From positions 1-46,171 of the forward strand of contig JAUIBJ010000001.1 of assembly GCA_030428025.1 (NCBI GenBank): a DNA stretch of 46,171 bases, read 5' to 3'. The position numbers were made by a program, and so were the translations under genes. Shown here piece by piece: positions 36,072 to 44,873 of this stretch. Numbering within the stretch: position 1 is the stretch's first letter; every line of letters starts with the position of its first letter. Source of the DNA: Alphaproteobacteria bacterium. GTDB taxonomy: Bacteria > Pseudomonadota > Alphaproteobacteria > Rhodobacterales > Rhodobacteraceae. The notes beneath the pieces were generated by a model. That model did no database searches, was not told where the DNA came from, and saw only the letters and a list, made by a program, of their open reading frames with translations.

Positions 36072-37000
36072 TGATCCGCCTCCGGGTTGTCGCCTTCCCA
36101 GCCCAGCGGGGCCTGGAAGCCGGCCGCGTTGCGGTGTCCGCCGCCGCCGTAGCTTGCCGCGATCTCCGCGACGTCCAGACCGTCGCCGCGCGACCGCAGC
36201 GAAAAGACCCGAGCATCCGCCCGATCGAAATAGCAGGCGGCAAAGGGTGCGCCCTCGGCCATCGCGCCGGCGGCGTCACTGGCCATCGTGTATGGCAGGT
36301 TCGCGACCGGCACGCGATGACCGCCGATGACCATTTCCCGGCGTGTGACCTTCAGAAGCTCGGCGATGTCCTTGTGGTGCTTGCGCTCGATCGCCGCGCC
36401 CTCGACCACCATGGTGCGGAAACCATCCCGACCCTCCATCTGGGTGGCAATGGCATCCCAGAAATCGAAGCGGTATTCCTTGCTGAAAACCGCCGCGGCG
36501 ATCTCGCGCGACCAGGTCAATTCGAACCGCCAGAGGTCCCGATCGGCGACGTAGTCGACCAGCTTCGGTCGAGGCTGCCCCGGATGTAAGAAATCCCACG
36601 CGAGCTGTGCCCCGGATCGGTCCATGTCAAACAGGACGTATTGCGAGGCGTGGGGAATACCCTCGCAGATGTCCTGCGCGACGTTCATCTGGTGGCGCTT
36701 CCATCCGAACGGCGGGTGCCAGGCGCTCATGTCGATGCCGAAACCGTGAAGGTCAGCCTGCGCCGTCTTGTGGTGATCGAGGATCAGGATCGAGCGGGCG
36801 GGCCCCGACATGGCCTCAAGGACCGGGCGCTTATAGCTGAAATCCACCATGATCACGTCGGCGCCGGTTACGTCGGGCGGATCCTCGCCATAGATGCCCG
36901 GCACGAATTCGACCTTGTCGCCGAGCGCCTTCCAGACCGCCCAGGCGGCGGTGAAGCCGTCCGCGCAGTTGCCGTGATAGATGCAAATTGTCCTGGTCAT
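36068..37000 (-). CDS. DHH/DHHA1 family phosphoesterase
   Basis: YHGNCADG, VDFS, LDHH, DRDLW, FSLRS and GGGGHRNAAGF motifs. Confidence 0.92.
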   Translation of the reverse strand: MTRTICIYHGNCADGFTAAWAVWKALGDKVEFVPGIYGEDPPDVTGADVIMVDFSYKRPVLEAMSGPARSILILDHHKTAQADLHGFGIDMSAWHPPFGWKRHQMNVAQDICEGIPHASQYVLFDMDRSGAQLAWDFLHPGQPRPKLVDYVADRDLWRFELTWSREIAAAVFSKEYRFDFWDAIATQMEGRDGFRTMVVEGAAIERKHHKDIAELLKVTRREMVIGGHRVPVANLPYTMASDAAGAMAEGAPFAACYFDRADARVFSLRSRGDGLDVAEIAASYGGGGHRNAAGFQAPLGWEGDNPEADQ

Positions 37001-38142
37001 GCTGCCCCTCGTTCGTTTTCGTTGCCATTGCGCGCCCTCAGCGCGTCGTTCAGGTCCTTGCCGCCCTGGCTGTTCTGCCAGACCCGCACGCGGCGGCCGG
37101 CGGTGGCGTGGGCGGCGATCGCGGCCTGCAGGGCGTTCTGCGCCTGCTCGCCCGGATCGCGGTCGGCGATCAGCGTGACGTCGGAAACCGTCTCAGGCAG
37201 CCAGAGGCCGGCCATGTTCGACAGCGAGATCGCGGCAAGGATCACCGCCTCGGGCAGGACCACGGCCGCGCTCAGCGCGTCCTCGATGCCCTCGGCGACA
37301 TAGACATGGGCGCCGGGCTTCAGCTCGCTCAGCCGCTGCTTGCCGCCGCGCGGACCCATCCCGGACCAGAGGCGGATCGCGGCGCCCTTGTAGTTGCCCA
37401 GGACCTTCTTCTGCTCAGGCACGCGCGCCTTGCGCCAGGCGCCGTCGTAAAGGTCCAGATAGGTGCGGTGGCATGCCACGATCTTGCCGGCACGGTCGCA
37501 GGCGATGGCCAGCATGGCCGGGAAACGCCCCTCGATGACTTCGCCCGTCTCGGGGTCGATGTGCTTGTAGAAACAGTTCGGGTGGAAGTGCAGCGCGTGC
37601 GGTGTGCGCGGCAGATCCGTCAGCCGGATCCCGCGCGTGTCGCGCAGGTAGGCCTCGGCCGGGGTTCCGGGGATCTCGCGCCCCTCGAGCCAGAGCCGCG
37701 CGGCCATGGCGCGGCGCTTCTCGGCCTTCTCGCGGTCCTTCGCGGCCGCATCGGCGCGCAGGCGCTTCGCCCGCTCGGCCGCCTCGCGGTGGCGGCGGGT
37801 ATCTTCCGGGGAGAGGTAATCGAGGCCGAGGAACTGGCGCGCCTCGGCCAGCGCATCCTTCAGGCTGCAGCCCAGATTGAGCGCGATCAGGTCGAGGATA
37901 TCGCCCCTGCCCTCGCGGCCGGACATGGCGAAGTCGCACCACCGGCTGGCCTTGGCGCCGGTCATGTAGACGACGAAAGAGCCGACGGAATTGTCGGCCC
38001 GGCCGGGGTTCAGCGTGAAATACTGCCCGTGAAGGGTATAGGAACCGGGCGCCGGCGGCGCATAGTGATGCACCACCTGGTCGATGCGCGCCAGAAGCAT
38101 GTCCTTGATCTGGTCGATCGAATATGTCTGGCGCCCGGTCAT
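36997..38142 (-). CDS. DNA primase (Toprim domain)
   Basis: GDILDL, AEAYLR.TRGI, HRTYL, VAEGIEDALS and IADRD motifs. Confidence 0.88.
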   Translation of the reverse strand: MTGRQTYSIDQIKDMLLARIDQVVHHYAPPAPGSYTLHGQYFTLNPGRADNSVGSFVVYMTGAKASRWCDFAMSGREGRGDILDLIALNLGCSLKDALAEARQFLGLDYLSPEDTRRHREAAERAKRLRADAAAKDREKAEKRRAMAARLWLEGREIPGTPAEAYLRDTRGIRLTDLPRTPHALHFHPNCFYKHIDPETGEVIEGRFPAMLAIACDRAGKIVACHRTYLDLYDGAWRKARVPEQKKVLGNYKGAAIRLWSGMGPRGGKQRLSELKPGAHVYVAEGIEDALSAAVVLPEAVILAAISLSNMAGLWLPETVSDVTLIADRDPGEQAQNALQAAIAAHATAGRRVRVWQNSQGGKDLNDALRARNGNENERGAA

Positions 38143-38146
38143 GGGA

Positions 38147-38485
38147 TCAGGCGATCCCTCCGATGATCAGGCCGCGATCGCGGCGCTCGTTGAAACTCAT
38201 TCTCCGCAGCTCGGCGGCGATGGCCTGGCGTTCCTGCTTGGCCGCCTTGCGTTCCATCTGCCGGCGGATCTGGCGGGTCATGGTGACCTTGCCGTAGTGA
38301 TCGCCCAGCCGCTCGACCTGTGCCCGGCGATGCGCCAGGAGCCGGGCCTCGGCGCGCAGGACGCCGGCACCCTTGACCTTGGCCCTCGGGGTCGATCCGA
38401 AATATCCGGCCTCGATCCCCAGAAGGGCATTGAAGGACGCCGCGAGACGTTTGTAGAAGGGCTGTTCACGCCCGTAGTTCGACAT
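38147..38485 (-). CDS. Hypothetical basic protein
   Basis: 112 aa, GGAG SD. Confidence 0.65.
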   Translation of the reverse strand: MSNYGREQPFYKRLAASFNALLGIEAGYFGSTPRAKVKGAGVLRAEARLLAHRRAQVERLGDHYGKVTMTRQIRRQMERKAAKQERQAIAAELRRMSFNERRDRGLIIGGIA

Positions 38486-38503
38486 GGGTTTTCTCCGTTT
38501 TGG

Positions 38504-39637
38504 TTACTCGGCGGCCTTGATGAGGGCCGCTTCCGCGCGCAGTTCCAGCACGGCGACCAGCGCCTTGGTGTTGCCGTCGGCGGCGGATTTCAAAGCGTTC
38601 CAGCGGTCCTTTATGACCCGCGCATCGAGGCCGAAATCGGCGGCGATCTCGGCCAGCGGCCGGCTGTTGCCGAAGTCCTGCGCCAGATCATGGTCCATCA
38701 GGGCCGTCCACGGCCGCTTGTAGCCGAGCGCGTTAAGCGCCCCGTTGATGCTGGCCTCGACCGTCACGGCCTTTTTCGGGGCGGGCTTCGGGGCGGCGGG
38801 TGGGTGGACAACTGGTGCCTTCTGTATCCCGATTTGGTCCGCCGCCCCGGCCGGGGCATTCTCCGCGAATTGGGCCGCTGCAGTCACCCCGCTTTCCGCC
38901 CCGCCCTCCGGTGCCGGTTTCCCGGCTGTCTCACTGTCCATCATGGCGTTCAGCTTCTTGCTGAACCTGAATTTCACCGACTGCAGCGGGCGGCCGAGCG
39001 CTTCGGCGATGTCCTTGCGCATCATGCCTCGCTGCCGCAGCTCGATCGCGCGGGCATCCTCTTCGTCAGTCCAGGACGCACCCGCCTTGGGTGCGGATGG
39101 GCCGGGGCCCGCATCCCCCGGCCCGGACGCGACGTCGAGTGTGGTCCGCTCTGCGTCCTTCGGGGCCTTATCCTCTTCCGGGCGGTCAGCCACCGCGTTT
39201 AAGTCCCGGGCTGCCTTTGGCTCGGGTTTCCCGTCAGAGGCCTGCGGGCCCGCTGGTATCTCATTCCCGCCGCCCGCGCTTTCGACGGCATCCGCGTCAT
39301 CGGGGGGGAGCGTCCCCTCTTCGGTGCCGGAAGGCGGGGCGGCGGGGTCCGTCGCCGGCGCGGCCCCCTGGGGCGCCGGGTCGGGATCAGTAGCGGCAAG
39401 GTCGTAGCCGTAGACCTTGGGGGCGTACGATCTTTTCAACCGCTCGAACATTTCAAACGTGCCAGGCCGCTGTCGCGGCGCCAGCTCATTGATGACCCGA
39501 TCGCGATCGGGCAGCATCCCATGAGCCTCGGCCCATTCCAGGACAACCCGGGAAGCCTTTGGCATCTTGAATTCGCCGACGACTTCTTCCAGCCGCTCCT
39601 GCAGATCGAAAAGCACCTTCAGATCTATCGCCGTCAT
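38504..39637 (-). CDS. Protein with a Myb/GcrA-like HTH and low-complexity linkers
   Basis: SWTDEEDARAIELRQRGMMRKDIAEALGRPLQSVKFR, and a second WT..MD..L repeat at the C-terminus. Start MTAIDL is ATGA-coupled. Confidence 0.65.
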   Translation of the reverse strand: MTAIDLKVLFDLQERLEEVVGEFKMPKASRVVLEWAEAHGMLPDRDRVINELAPRQRPGTFEMFERLKRSYAPKVYGYDLAATDPDPAPQGAAPATDPAAPPSGTEEGTLPPDDADAVESAGGGNEIPAGPQASDGKPEPKAARDLNAVADRPEEDKAPKDAERTTLDVASGPGDAGPGPSAPKAGASWTDEEDARAIELRQRGMMRKDIAEALGRPLQSVKFRFSKKLNAMMDSETAGKPAPEGGAESGVTAAAQFAENAPAGAADQIGIQKAPVVHPPAAPKPAPKKAVTVEASINGALNALGYKRPWTALMDHDLAQDFGNSRPLAEIAADFGLDARVIKDRWNALKSAADGNTKALVAVLELRAEAALIKAAE

Positions 39638-39963
39638 GCCGCAGCCCCCTCTTCTTCGGTGTCCTTGCGCAGCGCCTCGAGCGCGGCGGCGGCCTTCAGC
39701 TTGTGATAGGCCTGCACCTCGCGCGCGATGGCGGTGCGGATGAAACTTTCCGCCGGGCCGCCGTCGTCGGCGACCAGCCGGGCACATTCCTCGGCCAGCC
39801 GGTCGAGCGCCGGGATGCCGCGATTGACGCGGGGCAGGATCTCGGCCAGCTCGCGCCGCCAGAAGGCGCGGTCGAAGTCGATCACGCCGTCAAGCGCGAT
39901 CGCGGCGGCGGTGTGGATCAGCGCCTGGTCGGCGATGGTCAGGCGGCGCGCGGGATCAGCCAT
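39634..39963 (-). CDS. Hypothetical protein
   Basis: 109 aa, GGAGGG SD. Confidence 0.65.
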   Translation of the reverse strand: MADPARRLTIADQALIHTAAAIALDGVIDFDRAFWRRELAEILPRVNRGIPALDRLAEECARLVADDGGPAESFIRTAIAREVQAYHKLKAAAALEALRKDTEEEGAAA

Positions 39964-40240
39964 CGGTGTCCCTCCGCGCCGGCGCGTCCTGGATCAGCCC
40001 CAGTTCCCGATGCACCGCCTCTTTCAGGATCCGGCCCTGCATGGCCAGCGCATCGGGATCGGTGTGGCAGACCTGGTACTGGGTCGCGAAGCCGGTGCAG
40101 GCGCGGTAGAGGGGCGAGCCATGGTCAAGAAGCTCTTCGGCGCGGGTGCGCATGTCGTTGACCGCCAGCTGATCGAGGTCATTGACGATCGCCGCCATGG
40201 CGACGGCCAGCGCGGTGTGAAGGGCGACCTGGTCACTCAT
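39956..40240 (-). CDS. Hypothetical protein
   Basis: Start MSDQVAL after GGGGG; helical protein-like composition. Confidence 0.6.
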   Translation of the reverse strand: MSDQVALHTALAVAMAAIVNDLDQLAVNDMRTRAEELLDHGSPLYRACTGFATQYQVCHTDPDALAMQGRILKEAVHRELGLIQDAPARRDTDG

Positions 40241-40489
40241 GCACGCCCCCATGAAAAGGATGACGGCCGGGTGCCACCTGGGGGAATGTCTGCTCGCTCC
40301 CGGCCGCCTGCCCGACGGCAGTGCTGCCACGCTGCCGCCGGGGTTCGGTGAAGAAAAGATGCGCCGCGCGCGACCGGCGGATATGGGGATAAACAGGACA
40401 GGCGGCGCGCGGCGCAAGGTGTGGCCGGCCGATCAGAACCGGCCACCGAGGCAGGGCCCGCTCAACGAGGTGAAGGCGGGTCCGGCGTT

Positions 40490-40819
40490 TCATTCAGCGG
40501 CCTCCATCGGGGAGGCGGCGGCTTGGGTGCGGGCATGGGCGGCGGCCATGGCGGCCGCGCGGGTTTCCTCGGCCGAGATCTCGGCCTCGGTCGCACCCCG
40601 GATCAGCCATTCGGGCAGAAGGACGATGCCAGACTTGCGGGCATGGTCCAGAAGCTGGCGCTGCTGCCATGTGGACGAGAAATCGCCCGCCGCACGGGTC
40701 TTCGTCGCCCGCTGCCAGACATAGCCGGCGGTGCGCTTCAGGCCCAGGATGCGCTCGATCTCGGATTGCGATCCGAACTGGCGCTCCGCTACCTCAAATG
40801 GTGTCAGGTGGTCACTCAT
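40490..40819 (-). CDS. Cro-like HTH regulator
   Basis: FGSQSEIERILGLKRTAGYVW HTH; divergent from the repressor. Confidence 0.75.
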   Translation of the reverse strand: MSDHLTPFEVAERQFGSQSEIERILGLKRTAGYVWQRATKTRAAGDFSSTWQQRQLLDHARKSGIVLLPEWLIRGATEAEISAEETRAAAMAAAHARTQAAASPMEAAE

Positions 40820-40912
40820 AACGCTACATCTAGATGTGCGCTGCGTGATTTGGCAACTGAAAATTTCAGACTAACTGACGTTTTTTTCAGATTGTGAGTG
40901 ACTACTTGTCAC
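40801..40912. promoter_or_regulatory. Immunity switch region with GTGAC-N5-GTCAC operators
   Basis: GTGTCAGGTGGTCAC at 40801-40815, GTGACTACTTGTCAC at 40898-40912, and the CTGAAAATTTCAG palindrome at 40857-40869. Confidence 0.7.
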
Positions 40913-40914
40913 GG

Positions 40915-41526
40915 ATGGATGACAAGTGGTTCAGAAAGCGGCAAAAAATCGCGGGCGTGACCGCTGAGGACATCGCCCAGATCATGGGCAGGTCGCGGTC
41001 TAATGTGTCGCACATCCTGAACGGCCACCAGAGGATGAGCCTCGAATGGGCGAAGGCGTTCGCTCAGGCCCTCGACGCGCCTCTGGATGAGGTCCTTCAG
41101 CACGCCGGCGTAATGGATGAACAACAGGCGCAGACCCTTCGCCCCGGCTTTTCCGAAAGCGATGTGGCGCCCTGGAAGGGCAAGGATGCCGAAGATCGCG
41201 CCGTTCACACGGTGGCGCAGGCGCATGGCGAACGGCCCGGCGTCGATGTCTGGCAGGTGAAAAGCCCGGCTCTGTCGCTTATGGGCTACATGCCGGGCGA
41301 CATGATGCTGGTCGATACCCATGCGGCAGAGCGTGTGCGGCAGGGCGATATCGTCGTGGCGCAGGTCTATGACAACACCAAGGGCACGGCCTTTACCCTG
41401 CTCAGGCGCTATGAACCGCCGGTCCTGGTCGCGGCCTCGCCCGATCCTGACGACCGGCGGGTGCATGTGGTGGACGGGGTCAACGTGGTGATCCGGGGGC
41501 GGGTCACGGCAAGTTGGAGAAACTGA
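40915..41526 (+). CDS. CI-like repressor (XRE HTH plus S24-like C-terminal domain)
   Basis: VTAEDIAQIMGRSRSNVSHILNG HTH; GYMPGDMMLVD..GDIVVAQ..IRGRV S24-like fold. Confidence 0.88.
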   Translation: MDDKWFRKRQKIAGVTAEDIAQIMGRSRSNVSHILNGHQRMSLEWAKAFAQALDAPLDEVLQHAGVMDEQQAQTLRPGFSESDVAPWKGKDAEDRAVHTVAQAHGERPGVDVWQVKSPALSLMGYMPGDMMLVDTHAAERVRQGDIVVAQVYDNTKGTAFTLLRRYEPPVLVAASPDPDDRRVHVVDGVNVVIRGRVTASWRN

Positions 41527-41527
41527 C

Positions 41528-41686
41528 ATGCAGGAATTCGTTTTGAGCGACGCAGGTCGGCTGACAGCCAAGCTGGCAGGCATTGCTATAGTGGTGCTGA
41601 TCGCATTTGGCGTTGTGTGGTTCATGCGATGGCTGAAGAGAGCCACCGGCAACGATTGGCTTAACCAGTCTGACAGGCGCGACTGA
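41528..41686 (+). CDS. 52-aa single-TM protein downstream of the repressor (not in the ORF track)
   Basis: MQEFVLSDAGRLTAKLAGIAIVVLIAFGVVWFMRWLKRATGNDWLNQSDRRD; GGAG SD at 41516. Confidence 0.65.
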   Translation: MQEFVLSDAGRLTAKLAGIAIVVLIAFGVVWFMRWLKRATGNDWLNQSDRRD

Positions 41687-41716
41687 CACTATTTTCAGTT
41701 TTTCTAACATTTTCAG

Positions 41717-41746
41717 TTGACAGTGACAGGTGGTCACTCCTAACTC
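41717..41746 (+). promoter_or_regulatory. Rightward early promoter with an operator in the spacer
   Basis: TTGACA (41717-41722), GTGACAGGTGGTCAC (41723-41737), TAACTC (41741-41746). Confidence 0.7.
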
Positions 41747-41779
41747 TTCTCGCAGAGACCTGCGAACGAGGAGTTGCCC

Positions 41780-42064
41780 ATGTCTTCCAGGACTGACCTG
41801 CCGCCGGCCATGACCGGCGAAATCTTCCCCGAACCGGCCGGCTTCGGCCCGCCGCTGGCGCGCCCGATGACCGAGGATGAACGCCGCGGCTTCAACTGGG
41901 CGCTCGAGGCGCTGCAGCTCTGGGGCGGGCTCATGCTGGCCAAGGCGCCCGAGGTTCCCCACGACAGCGCGCCCGTGCCGCTTTCCGAAACCGTCCGCCA
42001 CGGCTGGCGCAACACGGTCAACGCCGCCAAGGCGCTGCAGATGACCCTCGGCCGCGCCATCTGA
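41780..42064 (+). CDS. Hypothetical protein, first gene of the rightward operon
   Basis: GAGGAG SD before ATG 41780. Confidence 0.7.
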   Translation: MSSRTDLPPAMTGEIFPEPAGFGPPLARPMTEDERRGFNWALEALQLWGGLMLAKAPEVPHDSAPVPLSETVRHGWRNTVNAAKALQMTLGRAI

Positions 42065-42171
42065 ACACTGGGCGGGGGCCGTCCAGGGGTTTGTTGCTCG
42101 CTCCCCCTCCCCGCCACCACTCAACGCCCGGCCGGCAGGCGGCACGGCCGGGAAACATCAAGAGGCAGAGC

Positions 42172-42396
42172 ATGTTTTCCGAAATATCCCCGAGCACGAT
42201 TTTCTGGATCGGCGCCGTGCCCGTCGCAGCCATCATGGCCGCCGCGTGGTACTTCTGGCCCGCCTTCCTCGACTGGCTGGATGCCGAGGATCCCGACATC
42301 GAGGACGAGCTCGACGCGATCCAGAACGACTTCGGCATGTCGATGGACCGCTTCGGCTATGTCCAGGACGCGCGCAATTCGGGAGACGGGCAATGA
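42172..42396 (+). CDS. Small membrane protein with an acidic C-terminus
   Basis: One TM segment (IFWIGAVPVAAIMAAAWYFW); GAGG SD. Confidence 0.6.
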   Translation: MFSEISPSTIFWIGAVPVAAIMAAAWYFWPAFLDWLDAEDPDIEDELDAIQNDFGMSMDRFGYVQDARNSGDGQ

Positions 42397-42665
42397 CCGG
42401 CATGTCCTTCATCGACACGGGCGCGGTTGCGGACCTGCTCTGCACCACGCCCGAACAGTTCCTGCGCCGGCGCGCCGAGCTCGAGGATGATCACGGCTTT
42501 CCCCTGCCGATGCCGCACTGGAAGCGCCCGCTGAAATGGCGCCGCGACATGGTCGAGGGCTGGATCGCCGCCCAGGGCCGCCCGAAGGATGAGACCCCGG
42601 CCGTGCCGCAGATCCCCGCCGGCACCAACGTGGTGCGGCTCATGGACTATGCGAGGCAGGCATGA
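42393..42665 (+). CDS. AlpA/excisionase-like winged-HTH protein
   Basis: AVADLL...GFPLP...LKWRRDMVEGWI pattern; upstream of the integrase. Confidence 0.7.
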   Translation: MTGMSFIDTGAVADLLCTTPEQFLRRRAELEDDHGFPLPMPHWKRPLKWRRDMVEGWIAAQGRPKDETPAVPQIPAGTNVVRLMDYARQA

Positions 42666-42907
42666 GCGATCCCGCCAAGAACCGGTTCGAAGCCCGCGCG
42701 ATCGAGGAAGCGGCCGAGCGCTTCCGGGTCGCCTGCAATAGGCTGTCCCGCGATCTTTTGCCGGTGGTCACGCAAGGGCTGCTGTCGGGCCCGAATTGCC
42801 CGCGCCACCCAAGCGGAGACATCGACGTCATCCGGCTCGCCAACACCGCCTGTTCGATCACCTGGGCGATTACCGACAAATTCACGGATGACGGGGCAGC
42901 AGAATGA
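42662..42907 (+). CDS. Hypothetical protein
   Basis: ATGA-coupled, 81 aa. Confidence 0.55.
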   Translation: MSDPAKNRFEARAIEEAAERFRVACNRLSRDLLPVVTQGLLSGPNCPRHPSGDIDVIRLANTACSITWAITDKFTDDGAAE

Positions 42908-42977
42908 TGGGCCCGCATCCCGCCTGCCCGGTCCGCCCGGCACCGAAACCCCGGCCCCTGCCGGGCGATGGGGGTGA

Positions 42978-43256
42978 GTGATGCGGGTGACGGAACTGTT
43001 TGCAGAGATTGTCGCATGGGCCGTCAGGAACGGCGCCGAGCGCGTCGATCAACTCGATCGTCCCTGGGAAGGCGAAACCGATCAGTGGCGGGTCCGCATC
43101 AACGCCACCGGCGCCGAGGTTGAGAACATTCCCCATATGGCCGCCGCGTTGGAGCACAAGACCTATCTTCGATTTGGCATCGTCGGCATCAACGGCGGCG
43201 CCGTGATGGGGATCGGAGAGGATGATCTGATCGACCACTTCCGGGCCGCCCCCTAA
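42978..43256 (+). CDS. Hypothetical protein
   Basis: 92 aa, protein-like composition. Confidence 0.6.
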   Translation: MMRVTELFAEIVAWAVRNGAERVDQLDRPWEGETDQWRVRINATGAEVENIPHMAAALEHKTYLRFGIVGINGGAVMGIGEDDLIDHFRAAP

Positions 43257-43277
43257 GCCTATCCACGAGGAGCTACA

Positions 43278-44447
43278 ATGCCAAAGCGCCCTGCCCGCCT
43301 TATCCCCGATCCGCCGCGCGGCCTGCGCGAACGGCCGCGCGCGGATGGCTCGGTGCGGATATGGTGGGAACCCCCTGCCGAGGCGCGGGCGAAGGGCATG
43401 ACGCCGGTCGAGCTGGATGAGACGCGCCTGACCTGGTCGCGGCGCGAGGCCGAGAAGCTGAACCGCGAGGCGGGCAAGACGCCGCGCCGGCGCGCCGTGG
43501 GGCTGACGGTCGGCCATGTGATCGACGACTATGTCGCGACCAGCCTGAAGTTCCGCAAGAAGAGCCCCACCACCAAGATCAAGTACCGCCAGTTCTTCGC
43601 GAACATCCGCGAGAAATGGGGGGACGAGCTGATCGCCGACTTCACCAAGCCGGTGATCAATTCCTGGTACGAAACCCTTTACGACAGGCGCGGCAAGTGG
43701 ATGGCGATCGCGCTGATCCGGCATTTCTCGATCCTGTTTTCCCATGCCGAGCTGCGCGGCTGGCGCCCGGAAGGGTCGAACCCCTGCGCCAGGCTGGGGA
43801 TGGAGATCCCCAAGGGACGCCGGCGCACCGCCAGCTGGGACGATTTCGACGCGCTCGTGGCGGCGGCCGACAGGCTCGGCCTCGCCTCGGTCGGGCATGC
43901 GATCTTCATCGCGACCCTGACCGGCCAGCGACAGGCCGACATCGTCGAGGCCGATCGCGCGCTCTTCCGCGAGATCTCGATCGACACGGGCGAGGCCGAA
44001 CCGCTCGCGCTCTGGACCTGGCAGCTGACCCGGTCGAAGCGCGGCAACACGTCGGTTCTGCCGCTCAGCCCGGACCTGGTCGCGCGGATCCGCCCGCGCC
44101 TCGAGGACGACGGGACGGGCGCGCTCCTGGTCGACGAACGCACCGGCACCGCTTTCACGCCCGACCGCTTCCGCGCGCGGTTCGAAGAGGTCCGCGCGGC
44201 CGCGATCGCGGCGGGCAATCCGGGCCTCAAGGGCCTGCAGTTCCGCGACCTGCGGCGCACCTTCGGGCGGCTCGCGCGCGCGGGCGGGGCCGAGAAGGGC
44301 GATGTGGCCGACGTGCTCGGCAACACGGCGGACGAAGATCAGTACCTGGGCGACGTCTACATGGCGCCCGAAATCATGGGCCTCCTGCGCGCCATCGGCG
44401 CCGTGCGGCGGCCGGAGAAGAAGAGCGAGGAAAGGAAACAGGCATGA
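43278..44447 (+). CDS. int: Tyrosine recombinase / phage integrase
   Basis: TGQRQAD (R), SKRG (K), FRDLRRT, LGN and DVY (Y) motifs; GAGGAG SD. Confidence 0.92.
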   Translation: MPKRPARLIPDPPRGLRERPRADGSVRIWWEPPAEARAKGMTPVELDETRLTWSRREAEKLNREAGKTPRRRAVGLTVGHVIDDYVATSLKFRKKSPTTKIKYRQFFANIREKWGDELIADFTKPVINSWYETLYDRRGKWMAIALIRHFSILFSHAELRGWRPEGSNPCARLGMEIPKGRRRTASWDDFDALVAAADRLGLASVGHAIFIATLTGQRQADIVEADRALFREISIDTGEAEPLALWTWQLTRSKRGNTSVLPLSPDLVARIRPRLEDDGTGALLVDERTGTAFTPDRFRARFEEVRAAAIAAGNPGLKGLQFRDLRRTFGRLARAGGAEKGDVADVLGNTADEDQYLGDVYMAPEIMGLLRAIGAVRRPEKKSEERKQA

Positions 44448-44692
44448 GGACGGCGGACAACAAACGCATTGAAGCGGCGCACGACAATTTCTCTCGGGCA
44501 TGTCGCGAAGAAACAGAGGCCGGGCGCGCGCATGTCGGCACGGCGGCCACCTTCGTTGCCGTCGAAGATGGCGTTCTGGTTCAGACTTTCGGATGCCATT
44601 GCGACGGATGCCTCGCTGCAATCGAAACGGCGTTCACCCACTGGGTCTCTGAACAAAAAACGAGAGGAGCCGCCAAGCATGCGGTCCACTGA
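44444..44692 (+). CDS. Hypothetical protein (CHCDGC motif)
   Basis: Start MRTADNK, ATGA-coupled to int. Confidence 0.6.
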   Translation: MRTADNKRIEAAHDNFSRACREETEAGRAHVGTAATFVAVEDGVLVQTFGCHCDGCLAAIETAFTHWVSEQKTRGAAKHAVH

Positions 44693-44873
44693 CATGCCCG
44701 ACGAAACCCCGATGACGCCCGCCAAGGCGCGAGATCTCTGGGCGAACCTGCGCCGCCTGGTTCAGGCCAGCCCGGACGAAGAGCTCTATGACGCCTTCAG
44801 CCGGTGCGAACCCCTGTTCGACATGCTCATGCTGCACGAATGCGATCGCAAGATGGGGGCCGCCCATGTTTGA
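44679..44873 (+). CDS. Hypothetical protein
   Basis: GAGGAG SD; alternative start at 44694. Confidence 0.55.
   Translation: MRSTDMPDETPMTPAKARDLWANLRRLVQASPDEELYDAFSRCEPLFDMLMLHECDRKMGAAHV

Noticed and set aside
40233-40493. 86-aa ORF coupled to cro
   Set aside because: The ATGA overlap is suggestive, but the Arg/Pro-rich composition and several competing frames make it unsupportable as a gene.
42882-44621. 579-aa minus-strand ORF over the integrase
   Set aside because: Antisense shadow with no domain features.
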